Source of the DNA: Eledone cirrhosa
Lineage: Eukaryota
Length of the DNA: 64,000 nucleotides
Direction: 5' to 3'
NCBI GenBank assembly: GCA_964016885.1
Contig: OZ024744.1
Location: 96,410,001 to 96,474,000, forward strand
A program made the translations under genes and the position numbers. Each line of letters begins with the position of its first letter. The first letter of the stretch is position 1. Below, piece after piece: positions 14,566-27,909 of this stretch. The notes under the pieces were generated by a model that worked only from the letters and a program-made list of their open reading frames with translations, searched no databases and was not told where the DNA came from.

Positions 14566-14950
14566 GTGTTGGTAAGGGAAGTTTGTGATGTGTTCACAGA
14601 ATTCGTCCAGGATTTTATTTCTACCTTTTGAAGGGGTGTAATTGCTTCTATTTCTGGCTAATTGCTTCTATTTCTGGCATTGTACTGGTCGAATAGTTGT
14701 TCACTAAGTCGTAACTTTCTACAGAAGTCTGTGATGTCTTCCTTCATTTCATAGTAGTTAGGACGTAGTGGGGTCGGTGTTCTATCTCAAAATTAGTTTT
14801 GAAAAGCATTTAGAAATGCGCAACCGGTAAAAACTTAAAAACTTAAAACCACAACTGAATACTAACCCATACAATCACTAATACTCTTTTATTCCTAATT
14901 AAACCATTTTTCAACTGTGAACAATTTGTCAGCATTTTCTATTCCGTTTA

Positions 14951-15585
<635 letters not shown>

Positions 15586-15619
15586 AATTTGATCATACGT
15601 ATGTATGTCGTTCACTCTT

Positions 15620-16190
15620 GAGTGCTACTGGTAACATGTAACCCAGTACAACCTGTCGCATGGTATAGTCGTCGGTGACTAGACCGGCAACCCAACCAAG
15701 TTTACTTGGTGAGGAGGGTGATTTTGGACACCCCGCAGGACAAAAAACAAAACCTGACAAAGGGCGGAAGAACTCATAAGAATCAACGGCCATCCAAAAG
15801 TGTGTAAATATGTATATACACATGTACATATGTATATGTATATACGAGGGGACATAGAAATAATCGGGCTGGATACCCGATCGCTCGGTTAAACCACTGG
15901 GAGTGAAGGACCCCTAGCCTTTGTCAGGGCATTCTTCTAGGAGCAGGCATCTCAGGAAACTGGGATAACTCCGATATAAAACCTGCGGCTCAGTAGTTAC
16001 CGATGATGTTGATCTTTTCTTCCTTTCGGGTTATAGCTACTGTCGCTCAGAGAGTGGGATTGGCTCAGTGCCTTTCCTCACTTTAAAAAATATCTTCACG
16101 CACAGGCATTGCACGATAGAATTAATTAATAATTATTAATAATGGTATATCGTGCAATGGCCATACTTGATAACGAGGGGCATCCATCAT
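15620..16190 (-). mobile_element. Inverted paralog of 7170-7770
   Basis: Reverse-complement similarity. Confidence 0.7.
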
Positions 16191-16350
16191 GTATATGTAG
16201 GTATGTGTGTATATGTATATATATACCTGGAGTTGCGACCGATAGTATTAGCAATTGGAAAGACCAACGGAAACATTGTTCCCTCGGTCCGATTTGACGA
16301 AAGTCGATCGTCTTTCTATATATATACATATACATTTACATATATGTATG

Positions 16351-16382
<32 letters not shown>

Positions 16383-16416
16383 TATGTATATGTATATATA
16401 TACATAAACATATTTA

Positions 16417-17162
16417 TATATGTATAAATATTTCGTATCTCCAAAGAAATACAGTGTCAGGAAGCCGTAGCTATGCAAACACTGTGGGGCGAACGCCCTC
16501 TGGTGATGTCCAGAAGAAGCAAGGGGAACAACCGTCTATGCGTCTATGCATTTCAGGCTTAACTGCCCTTCGCCAGCACGGTCCCTCCCACCGCTTGCGA
16601 CTGCTGGACTAGAAAACAGGCGAGAATATATAGTTTTCTCGTCTGTGTAAATGAGGTGATTAATCTCATTTGCATATGAAGCTGCATAAGTTGGCTCAAC
16701 TTATAATAAAAAAGAAATAAGATTTCGCATCAAGCATAGCTTTATACAATATGTATAAATATTTCGTATCTCCAAAGAAATACGGTTTTAGGAAGCCGTA
16801 TCTATGAAAACACCGGGAGGCTAATTCTTTTTTATAGCTGCATAAGTTGAGCCAACTTATGCGGCTTCATATGCAAATGAGATTAATCACCTCATTACAC
16901 AGACGAGAAACGTATATATTCTCGCCTGTCTCTAGTCCAGCAGTCGCAAGCGGTGGGAGGGACCGTCCTGATGAAGGCCAGTTAAGCCTGAAATGCATCG
17001 ACGGTTGTCCCCCCTTGCTTCTGCTGGACATCACCAGAGGGCGTTAGCCCCCCGGTGTTTGCATAGCTACGGCTTCCTAAAACCGTATTTCTTTGGAGAT
17101 ACGTAATATTTATACATATTGTATAAAGCTATGCTTGAAGCGAAATCCTATTTCTTTTTCAT
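16417..17162 (+). mobile_element. Nested fold-back cassette; related shortened copy at 50185-50422
   Basis: 16417-16700 is the inverse of about 16850-17120; an extra tail copy lies at 16712-16820; hammerhead in the right arm. Confidence 0.8.
16962..17005 (+). ncRNA. Minimal type-I hammerhead ribozyme, canonical core
   Basis: ACCGTC-CTGATGA-AGGC cagttaa GCCT-GAAA-TGCA-TC-GACGGT; predicted cleavage after AUC at 16999. Confidence 0.85.
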
Positions 17163-17200
<38 letters not shown>

Positions 17201-17501
17201 GTATATGATGTTATGGGTAACTGGCGTTTAGCAGAAGCGATGTAGTTAATTGTTGAATTTGATCACATATATATATACATACATATATAATTTTATACTT
17301 ATATATATAATTTAAAGTGCTCAACATTTAAGGAGCTATATATATATATATATATATAAATATATATATATTTATACATATATAAATATATACATATATA
17401 TATACATATACACATATATATATATGTATATATTTATATATATATGTATATATACATATATATATATGTCTGTATATATTTATATATATAATGGAAAAGT
17501 G

Positions 17502-17563
<62 letters not shown>

Positions 17564-17585
17564 TACACACACACACATATATATG

Positions 17586-17616
<31 letters not shown>

Positions 17617-17639
17617 ATGTATATATTTATATATGTATT

Positions 17640-17710
<71 letters not shown>

Positions 17711-18812
17711 ATATATATTTATATATATATATATGTATGTATGTATATCTATATGTGATCAAATCCAACAATTAACTACATAGCTTCTGCTCAACGCCAG
17801 TTATCTATAACACCATCACACTCTCTTTCCTAAGGTAATCAATGCCTTTTTACTACTCTACGGCAGATTAAATTTTCATGATTGACGTTTATCACTTTGT
17901 TCATCAATTGGCTCAATAATATAGTAATACTTATCCCTTAAGTCCTCAATCTAAACATTGCTCTGAACATAGTACAGCCTATCTTTCAGCTTAGAACTGC
18001 TAAAGTAATACTAAAGTAATATTGGCTCGTCAAGCATGAAATTTGTAGAAATTTGTTGAAAAAACAACAAATTTCTACAAATTTCATACTTGACGACCCA
18101 ATATATCTATTTTGAACACTATCCAAAACTACCATTACAATGCAGTATTTAATTGTGTATTTCGATGTTTTGTATTTAAATCTATAGGAAGTATACCTTT
18201 GCTTTTTGTTCGCCCGGGATCGATAAAATAAATACTTGTTGAGCGCTATGGTATTTATATTAATGGACTCTCTCCTATTGCCCCTTATTTGGAGGTCTTG
18301 ATAGAAATCAATATAAAAATATAAAGGATGATGTGCTGAAGCGTTGGGTTACTGTAAAAATAGATGTTGCAACTTCTTTTCCCGACTTTTAAAGGTCATC
18401 ACCGTATTTTATAATATCTCTGCGCTTGAGCATATCATCCATTATACTTTGCTCTCTTTGTTTCCTTCATGAGACTCTCGTGCTATAAGAGACACAATAC
18501 CTTTTCCCTATCATCGCATACTTGTCATAGCTTAATTGCTATAAGTTGCTGTTTTGTCTCGTTTCTTACTCCTCTGCACAGTGCTTTGGCTTGTGTCAGA
18601 CGCTGTGACCGCGGGTCGACTAGCAGTACTGTTGGTATGGATCGAAACTGCCAAAGTCCATCTAAACGGCCGATGAGCCTAGAGTTGTGTGTAATTCGTT
18701 AGTACTTTTATTTTCAAAAATAACTTTTTATGGTTTCCCCTTAACAAAAGATTGTTTTTTTGTTCTGCCTTGTTTTCATTCGTTGTCTTGTCCTCTCTTT
18801 GTTAATTTTCCT

Positions 18813-18881
<69 letters not shown>

Positions 18882-18884
<3 letters not shown>

Positions 18885-19045
18885 CAAAGAAAGTGAATGT
18901 GTGGTAAGGAACCAGGTGGACCATAACGCACCAGAGTACTCGATACTTAGGGTAGTAGAGTGGGTAATAGGAAAAGAGTCAGGACCACCCCGATCTAGCT
19001 ATCGAAACGGGTGTAGTTCAGCCGTCGGGGTCCTGACTCTTTTCC
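18882..19045 (-). mobile_element. Fold-back cassette, family H (divergent)
   Basis: GTGGTAAGGAACCAGGTGGACCATAACGCACC...GAAACGG..AGCCGTCGGGGTC; (TA)n flanks. Confidence 0.7.
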
Positions 19046-19047
19046 TA

Positions 19048-19096
<49 letters not shown>

Positions 19097-19235
19097 TCAG
19101 CACTTAGAAACCGAAATCTCAGCATCGTTTACAATATTGTTTACAATATTAAATTATTTATTACACTTAAATGATATGGTTTTCTTATAACTCATCTGAT
19201 GATATATATACACTGATCACTTTAATGTTTCTATA

Positions 19236-19458
19236 TACGACGGTCGTCTGAAATATTCATAGGCTAACAATGAAGGAGTGATGCTAGAGCTGCGAAAACT
19301 TGCATGCAATGCATTAATTTCAACTCTTCTTATTAATAACTGCATTGTTTCTTTCCAGGGAATATGTTGAAAAATAAACATCATTTGGTCATTCCATGAG
19401 AGTATCTTGGTCGGCCTATGAACTTTCTAGCCAATGAACATTTCAGCAATTCTTCGTA
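19236..19458. mobile_element. Mariner-type MITE
   Basis: TACGACGGTCGTCTGAAATATTCATAGGC at one end and GCCTATGAACTTTC..TTCGTA at the other resemble mariner TIRs with TA ends. Confidence 0.6.
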
Positions 19459-19714
19459 AATACTAGTAGAGATACCTGTGTATGCTGATTTGTATAAACA
19501 TTGGTTTTTTTAAACGCAAATCACTTAACACCAAACTTTTTAATGTATTTATATTCGTATGTACCATATATACACGAATTGATGTCTATTCCCCACCTTC
19601 TAATCCGAATCCTTATACACTGTTCCCTTAGTTGATTCCCTTCAACTGTTCTCTATTCCGAAACTAAACAAAAATTCGAGTAACTGGAAATTTTATAAAA
19701 CGGGAAATGTTAAA

Positions 19715-19998
19715 AAATGCATCATAGAAACAGGTGTTCCCAGCACAGCTGATGTGGATCATAGAAAGAGTAACTTACTGCTTACCTGAAGTGCATCATA
19801 GAGAGATGTACTTTCCTGCACAACTGAATTACATCATAGAAAGAGTAACTTTCTGCACACCTGAAGTGCATCATAGAAACAGGTAATTTCATGCACAACT
19901 GAATTTCGTGCATCACAGAAATAAGTATTTCCTGCACAACTGAAGTGCATTATAAAAGATGTATTCCCTGCACAACTGAAGTGTATTAGAGAAATATG
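19715..19998 (-). repeat. About 37-39-bp minisatellite (about 7 copies), inverted relative to 21290-22460
   Basis: Units of CCTGCACA(A/C)CTGAAGTGCATCA. Confidence 0.85.
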
Positions 19999-20032
19999 TA
20001 AATATCCAACAAATCAATTATTTAATGTAGAG

Positions 20033-20222
20033 TAATTGTTTCTACTTTTTGCACAAGGCCAGCAATTGCCCAGTGTATTACTGGTACTTTATTTTATCGA
20101 CTCCGTAAGGATGAAAGGCAAAGTTAACCTCGGCGGGATTTGAACTCAGAATGGCAAGGGCCGTAACTCTATGCTAGAAAGCATGGCGTCCGACCCTCTA
20201 CCGAGACTGCCAATTCACCGCC
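20033..20222 (-). mobile_element. tRNA-derived SINE (dominant family)
   Basis: Full-length match to the consensus. Confidence 0.87.
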
Positions 20223-21289
20223 CTGTATGTAATGTAGAGTAATGAGGGATATACTGTATATGTCTGAAACTTTTATTTCAAGACATCAGAGTATAAATAT
20301 GACAAAACAATTGTCTCATATTGTAATATTGTTGTTTGGGGCAAATGGTGGTCGTTTTGGCACAGTTGTTAGAGTGTTGGATATTTGATCCGAGCTTTCT
20401 GTCTTCTGAGTTAAAATTCCACCGTTAAAGAAAGTACTAGCCCAGTGCTGGTACAGCCCTCTCTCTCATCCTGAATGTTCTGTGGGTTGAAGGGAAGGCA
20501 GATCAGGAAGGTGTCTATATCTGTTTGTGACTTCATGGATACTTAAAACGCTTAACGAAATCCTGGTGTATATTGCCCGGCCATATTTGATTGCAAGTGG
20601 TGATTACAGATTTTTAGATGCAAATGTCGTTACTGAAGAGTTAACACAATAAACCATTGATTATTTATTCTTGTACACCAAAAACAGTAAACGACATTTC
20701 CAAATCTAGTCTTGACTATTTTCTAGGAATCTAACTGAACTGAAAAGCTTGAGTTACACAGGAGTTGTGTACTGAATAGTTCGTGGCTGAAGCGTTACAG
20801 TAAGTGCATTAAGATGGAGGATCCTATTTTGATGGAGACTAGAGTTTTGTGTTGATCTGAGTTAAATAAATGTCTCTCTGATACAAATTTCAAAACCTCT
20901 TGAGTGTACCTCGTATGTCAAATACCCCTTGCTGTCAAATGTTACTGTGAGAAGAAGAATTTCGAGTTTAAAGCATTTCTGCATTTGTAAAAAAACTCTT
21001 GGACATTCCTTCAATTCTTCATTCATTCTAAACATGAAGCATGCCTGTTGAAGCCGTTGTAATTCCAACAAATATATCTTCACTGCTACAACCTATATAT
21101 CAAGGAGTTAGGACATTCTAAAGGCAATAAAAATGTTAAAGACGCCTTAGAAGAAGTGAAACATACTTGTTTCATTTAAGATTGGGAAAAGGTTTCTTAC
21201 ATATAATTATAAAAAGAACACGGGATAGAGACGATAAAGATAAAAAGTCTTAAACAGCAATATTCTTCTTAAGTTGTGCAAGGAATACA

Positions 21290-22460
21290 TCTTTCAATGA
21301 TACATTTGAGTTGTGCAGAAAATACCACTTCTTGTGATGCACTTCAGGTGTTCAGGAAAGAACATCTTTCTGTGATGCACTTCAGTTGTGCAGGAAGTTC
21401 CACTTTTCGTGATGCACTTCAGGTGCGTTCAAAATTCCACATTTTGTTTGCACTTCAGGTGTGCAGGACATACCACATTTTGTGATGCTCTTCAGTTGTT
21501 CAGGAAGTTCCACTTTTTGTGATGCACTTCAGGTGTGCAGGAAATTTCACTTCTGTGATGCACTTCAGGTGTGTAGGAAATTTCACTTCTGTGATGCATT
21601 TCAGGTGTGGAGGAAATACCACTTTTTGTGATGCACTTGAGATGTGGAGGAAATTTCACTTCTGTGATGCACATCAGGTGTGCAGGAAATACCATATTTT
21701 GTGATATACTTCAGGTGTGGAGGACATACCACTTTTTGTGATGCACTTCAGGTGTGCAGGAAGTTCCTCTTTTTGTGATGCACTTCAGTTCTACAGATAA
21801 TTCTTGTTTTTATGATGTATTTCAGGCGTGCAGGTAATACCTCTTTCTATGATGTACTTTAGTTGTGCAGAAATTACATCTATTTTGATGCACTTCGGGT
21901 GTGCAGGGAACACCTCTTTCTATGATGCACTTCAGTTCAGCAGGGTAGTACATCTAATTATGATGTACTTTAGGTGTGCAGGGGACACATCTTTCTATGA
22001 TATACTTCATAGTGTAGGAAATTACATCTTTCTATTATGTACTTTAACTGTGCAGGAAATTAGATCTTTCTTTTATGTACTTTAGTTGTGCAGGAAATTA
22101 GATCTTTCTTTGATGTACTTTAGTTGTGCAGGAAATTAGATCTTTCTTTGATGTACTTTAGTTGTGCAGGAAATTAGATCTTTCTTTGATGTACTTTAGT
22201 TGTGCAGGAAATTACATCTTTCTTTGATGTACTTTAGTTGTGCAAGAAATTACATCTTTCTTTGATGTACTTTAGTTGAGCAGGAAATTACATCTTTCTT
22301 TGATGTACTTTAGTTGTGCAGGAAATTAGATCTTTCTTTGATGTACTTTAGTTGTGCAGGAAATTAGATCTTTCTATGATGTACTTTAGTTGTGCAGGAA
22401 ATTAGATCTTTCTATGGTGTACTTTAGTTGTGCATGAAATACTTCTCTCTATGGTGTACT
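21290..22460 (+). repeat. 36-38-bp minisatellite, about 30 copies (TGATG(C/T)ACTT(C/T)AG(G/T)TGTGCAGGAAATT...)
   Basis: Period 36 at 21521/21557/21593 and 38 at 22112/22150/22188; 3' part homogenised. Confidence 0.93.
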
Positions 22461-23420
22461 TAGCCAAAATACCATTTCCCCTGCTATCCGAAATCTATGT
22501 AGATTAGATAGTTCCCTAAACTTTCTAAACCATTTACAGGAAACAACAAAATGTTAAAATTACTTCCTTCAACTGAGTAAATAAATTTCACAGTTTTTGT
22601 TTGATAATGACTTGAGAGGGGGATGGAGCGTGACGCCGTGACAAGTCATTCGCCCCCAAACACTCAACATTTCTTTTATATCTTCCACAACTTTACTAGT
22701 GTCCACATTAGTCCAGAGGCGTTATACGTTTACTTGAAGTTTACATGGCAACTGTTATTTTCTCAAATTGATTCATTATGGGGTTTGAAGCTGATAACAC
22801 ACACACACACATGCACACACACACATGCACACACACACACGCGTGCGCGCTCACACACACACACATACACACACATACATATGTTGTATATGTTTGTGTA
22901 TATATCTAGCAATATCCGTAGGTATGAAAAAGGAAAAAGGAAAATAGTGCTCAATCGGGAAGAGATCAAAACTTCTGGTATAAGCGCCTGAAGGTAGGTC
23001 AGAATTTTGATCTCTCTTTTATTCTGGAGATGTGGTCAATTGGTCAATATTGGACCTTGAAACCTTGGGTAGCGCTTATATATATATATATATATATACA
23101 TACATACACACACATGTGCGTGTGTGTGTGTGTCTGTGTGTCTGTGTGTGTGTGTATATATATATGTGTATTTATATGTATATATATATATGTGTATTTA
23201 TATGTATATATCTAGGTACATACATATGTATATATGCATATATATGGATATATATATATATATATTTATATGTACATATATATTTATATGCATGTATATA
23301 TGTATATATGCATATTTATGAATATATATATATATATTTATTTGTAAGAGACTATTTTGAGTTCCTAACTCAATATATACCTTTGATGTATATTTATATA
23401 TATGTATATATGCATATATA

Positions 23421-23471
<51 letters not shown>

Positions 23472-23589
23472 TTATATGAATATATATATATTTATATGTA
23501 TGTATGTATATACATATATATTTATATATTTATATGTATGTATGTGTATCACACACACACGCACATACACACATACATATGTACATATA

Positions 23590-23972
23590 TAGTGTAGGTA
23601 GTACGGTGAAATACTAGTGTTGGTACCAAATCAATCACTCTATGCAGAAGCAGAGTGTATATAATAGAAAAAACGAGGAAGTTTCGTTTACATATGAAAG
23701 ATATTTATTGCGTATCGACCTGTTACGCAAGTTTCACAGAGGATTGGCTCAAGGTAACCCATAGGAGTTATGGACCCGACTCCAGTATCGATCTGCTCCT
23801 CGGACTGGTGATGCGACAAAAGATATATTTTTTGTTGCAGATCTATACTGGAGTCGGATCCATAACTTCTATAGGTTACCTTGAGCCAATCCTTTGCGAA
23901 ACGCGCGTAACAGATCTATAAACAATAAATATTTTTCATATGTAAACGAAACTACCTCCTTTTTTTCTATTT
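23590..23972. mobile_element. Fold-back cassette with imperfect arms 23662-23972
   Basis: Inverted arms; GAAACGCGCGTA motif like stem III of Penelope hammerheads. Confidence 0.7.
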
Positions 23973-24359
23973 TGTTTTGACCTGTTTAGCTTGATTTGCG
24001 TTTTGACTTAGGTGGTTGATGCTTTCCTGACCACTTTTTCAGATTGTATGGCGTTTTAACATATTGTTTAGTTCTGGGGTTTTTTTAACTATAGAGCGCT
24101 TGCCAGCATAATTCTGATTTTTGCGTTTCGTTTCGCTTTTTCTACCCGCCGAAATGTGATTCTCGCTGAATTTATATTCATATATACATATATACACATA
24201 TATATATACATATATATACATATATATATATACATATATATATACATATATATATATATTGTTATACTTTGGGAGGCTCAAATTCAGAAACGAAATATAT
24301 ATATACACACACACACACACATACATATATATATGTATATATATATATATACATGTATA

Positions 24360-24404
<45 letters not shown>

Positions 24405-24557
24405 TCACACAAATACACACACACATATATATATAATAAAATTATTTAAATAATATTGCATTAAAATCATATAAACTTGTATTAGGATATCATAAGAAGA
24501 AAAAAAGAATATTGATATCGATTTTTAAAAAAAATCGATCTGAAGAGATAAACATAT

Positions 24558-24620
<63 letters not shown>

Positions 24621-24636
24621 GTTATATATACTCTAC

Positions 24637-24836
24637 CTTGTTTGCGTTAATCCCTTTGCTGATAGCCCAGGAAGAAACTATGTAATCCATAACTCTTTCA
24701 CTAAGACCTTCCGGTATGTCATGTATTTTCATAAATTCCCTGACACTATTAAGCATTTCGTGGTAGCGTGCAGAATTAGCATAGAATTGTTGAAAAATTG
24801 TTGTCACGTTACTGAAGATGGTTGCATATAACAATG
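24637..24836 (-). CDS. eag: Internal exon of an ether-a-go-go (KCNH1/5-like, Kv10) voltage-gated K+ channel: S6 and C-linker
   Basis: [66 protein letters not shown] aligns to human KCNH1 [66 protein letters not shown]; polypyrimidine tttttcag acceptor at 24837-38; AAG|gtagag donor at 24635-36; 200 bp, phase 1 in and phase 0 out. Confidence 0.95.
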
Positions 24837-24892
24837 CTGAAAAACAAAACAAATATAAAGAAATATAACAAAAGAAAGAAACAAACAAAAAC

Positions 24893-24931
<39 letters not shown>

Positions 24932-25063
24932 GAAGAGATATTTAATTTGTTGGTAATTCAACAAATATAAATGTTTATAACTGATTCAGAGCACTCGACA
25001 GTTTTCTGGAGTAAATATTCAATGATATTAAATAAATGGAAACTATATTTATAAAACCATATT

Positions 25064-25126
25064 TATTCTATTATATATATTTCAAGGGTACCAAAAAACT
25101 TTGGTACGCTTTCATCAGATAAAATA
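25064..25126 (-). ncRNA. Minimal type-I hammerhead ribozyme
   Basis: Exact mirror of 25200-25262. Confidence 0.8.
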
Positions 25127-25199
25127 AAAAGTCTGTTTTATAAATTTTGACATAGCCAAGGAATCCTGGTGTATGTCAAAATTTATAAAACACACTTTT

Positions 25200-25262
25200 T
25201 ATTTTATCTGATGAAAGCGTACCAAAGTTTTTTGGTACCCTTGAAATATATATAATAGAATA
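25200..25262 (+). ncRNA. Minimal type-I hammerhead ribozyme
   Basis: TATTTTAT-CTGATGA-AAGcGTACCAAA..TTTGGTACcCTT-GAAA-TATATA-TA-ATAGAATA. Confidence 0.82.
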
Positions 25263-25312
25263 AATATGGTTTTATAAATATAGTTTCCATTTATTTAATA
25301 TCATTGTATATA

Positions 25313-25347
<35 letters not shown>

Positions 25348-25404
25348 GAACGAGTAGGACCCTGACGGCTGAGCTCAAGCCGTTTCGACGGCTAATTTTG
25401 GACT

Positions 25405-25454
<50 letters not shown>

Positions 25455-25609
25455 TGACATTTATTTATATTAATCCACTTCAAGCATATAATTAGAACTA
25501 TAATCTCAATGTGGTCTCATATTTTTTTGTTGTTGTTTTAGATATTACTTATTAGCTGTTATTTATTATTTATTATTTTTAATACAGAACTTGAATTATA
25601 GATAACATC

Positions 25610-25893
25610 AACTATAATTATAGCGAATACTATAATAATAGCGAATACTATGATAATAGCGAATACTATAATAATAGCGAATACTATGATAATAGCGAAT
25701 ACTGAAATAATAATGAATACTGAAATAATAGCGAACACTATAATAATAGTGAATACTATAATAATAGCGAATACTATAATAATAGCGAATACTATAATAA
25801 TAGCGAATACTATAATAATAGCGAATACTATAATAATAGCGAATACTATAATAATAGCGAATACTATAATAATAGCGAATACTGAAATAATAG
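25610..25893 (+). repeat. 18-bp tandem repeat (ACTATAATAATAGCGAAT), about 15 copies
   Basis: Direct sequence; the IIANT ORF is an artefact. Confidence 0.95.
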
Positions 25894-26380
25894 TTTCTTA
25901 TTTAGGCACAAGGCCAGCAATTTTGAGGGAGGGGGAAGCCGATTAAATCGACCCCAGTGCGTGACTGGTACTTTTATTTTATCATTCCCGTAAGGATGAA
26001 CGATAAAATAAAAGTACCAGTCACGTACTGAGGTCGATTTAATCGACTTTCCCCTTTTCCAAAATTGCTGACCTTGTGCCTAAATAAGAAACTATTATTA
26101 TGGCAGTATCGGTAGAGTATCGGACGCCATGCTTTGACGCATAGTGTTACGGCCCTTGCCATTCTGAGTTCATATCCCGCCGAGGTTAACTGCCTTGTTA
26201 AAAGCCAGTGTTGAACAAACGGATGACGATTTGTCATCGGCACAGCATTGCTTTAATCGGTCCGTTTGTTTACAAACTAATCGAACATTGCCTTTCTTCC
26301 TTACGGGGTCGATAAAATAAAGTACCAGTAATGTACTGGTTAATTGCTGGCCTTGTGCCAAAAGTAGAAACAATTATTAT
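25890..26380. mobile_element. Cluster of SINE fragments; the first two are inverted
   Basis: 25890-25975 is the inverse of about 26010-26100; SINE head at 26100-26190 and tail at 26290-26380. Confidence 0.75.
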
Positions 26381-27490
26381 AGTATTCGCTGCGAATATTT
26401 TGCTGTTGCAGTGGGTGTCGCTGGTTATTGTCCGCGGGAATGCTTTTGCTGTCTAGTCCGCGGAGCACAGCCCCTTTACTACCGCGCCCTAGGCCCAGAG
26501 CCCTATCATCCTCCACTCCCTCTTACCATTCTTTTGTGACACTAAAGTCCTTGCCATTCCCCCCTCCATTTCCGGTATCTTTCCTCGTTTTCCTCCCTTT
26601 TTTTCTTTATATTTTCCTGTTTCATAGTCCTTCCGATCTTCTCAATCTAAATTTTTCGTTTTTTCTTTTTCTATAAAATTGTATTTACATGATGTCTTTC
26701 TTTGTTTATATATATATATATATTTGTTGGTAACGCACTGAAAGGGGAGATGACTGAGGAAGGAAGGATGGAAGGGTGGTAATAAAACCATAGAAAACAG
26801 TGACCAGTCTAGCGCATCTCCATTACCATGCTCCGGGAAAACGCCTTCTCAATTCTGTCTGCCGAGGTTGTGGGGCGGCCAGCACGCGGACCCCCATTTG
26901 TTCATAATACAGAGAGATGGGGAGGGAGAGAGAGATGGAGGGGGATGACGGTGGGAGTTCGGATCTTCTGTGTTCGGACACATTGCACCCGTTAAGAGTG
27001 TATTTTCATATTTACACATCTTCCTGTTCATTGCCATATATATATATATTTTTTTCTTTTTATTAGATTCGATATACTCGTGTGAGTAGATATGCAGCGA
27101 ATTGGCTACGTACATTGGCTATTATAATTGTGTGAGTGTATATGTGTGAGTATATGATTGCTTGTGTGAATATATTTATACTTGTGTGAGCGTGTGTGTA
27201 TGTTTCTTTATATTTATATACTCATACATATAAATACATACATAAACACACCAAGATATTATCTTGGTTATCTATGTTAGGTGTGGATATTGTTTTCACA
27301 AAACATTTATAATAAAAGGATTATTAAGCTAAAAACTTGGTTTTGTACCCTTTTTATATATAAAATACTACAATTAGCCGCCATTTTCGACGGCATGTGG
27401 CTAGCTAATAAAAAATAATATTTAGCAACATTCTGTTCCACACTTCTGTTCCATCACTTCTACGTTTTTAGCTAAAGACTAAACTTCCAT

Positions 27491-27650
27491 TAGGCAGCGA
27501 ATTGGCAGAGTCGTTAGAACGTCGGATAAAATGCTTTGCGCCATTCGTTTCGTCTCTCTGATCTCTGAGTTCAAATCCCGCTGAGGTCAATTTTGCCTTT
27601 CATCCATTCGTGGTCGATTAAAAAAATTACCAGTCTACTACCGGGGTTGA
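27491..27650 (+). mobile_element. tRNA-derived SINE (older subfamily)
   Basis: GGCAGCGAATTGGCAGAGTCGTTAG...GAGTTCAAATCCC...GCCTTTCATCC. Confidence 0.8.
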
Positions 27651-27909
27651 TTCTTCCTCTATATCTCTTTCTCCCCATTTTTATCCTTCTCTGGAAGAAA
27701 TCTGCTGTATTCAAACCTGGAGAGGAGATGGGCTCTCCTACGTTTTAAAATGCTCTAGAACCGCCGTATATGAAAACGGCGACCCCACGGTTCCCTCAGG
27801 AGTTACAGATTAAAAAAAGAAAGAAAAAACTTCCATTATAACCTGAACATATTTAGAAGTTACATTACTCTATGGATAACCAGTTGTTATTTTGATCTAT
27901 TTCGGAGCG

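Larger units (their letters stand above)
24926..25306 (-). mobile_element. Fold-back cassette, family T: palindrome 25021-25306 plus tail 24926-25020
   Basis: About 130-bp near-perfect arms, each with a hammerhead; (TA)n flanks. Confidence 0.85.

Noticed and set aside
20862-21083. 73-aa ORF between the inverted minisatellite arrays as a transposase or channel exon
   Set aside because: No recognisable motif and no KCNH similarity by eye.
26400-27410. Possible solo LTR (GC-richer block with AATAAA near 27311)
   Set aside because: No clear TG..CA termini, TSD or second copy in the window.
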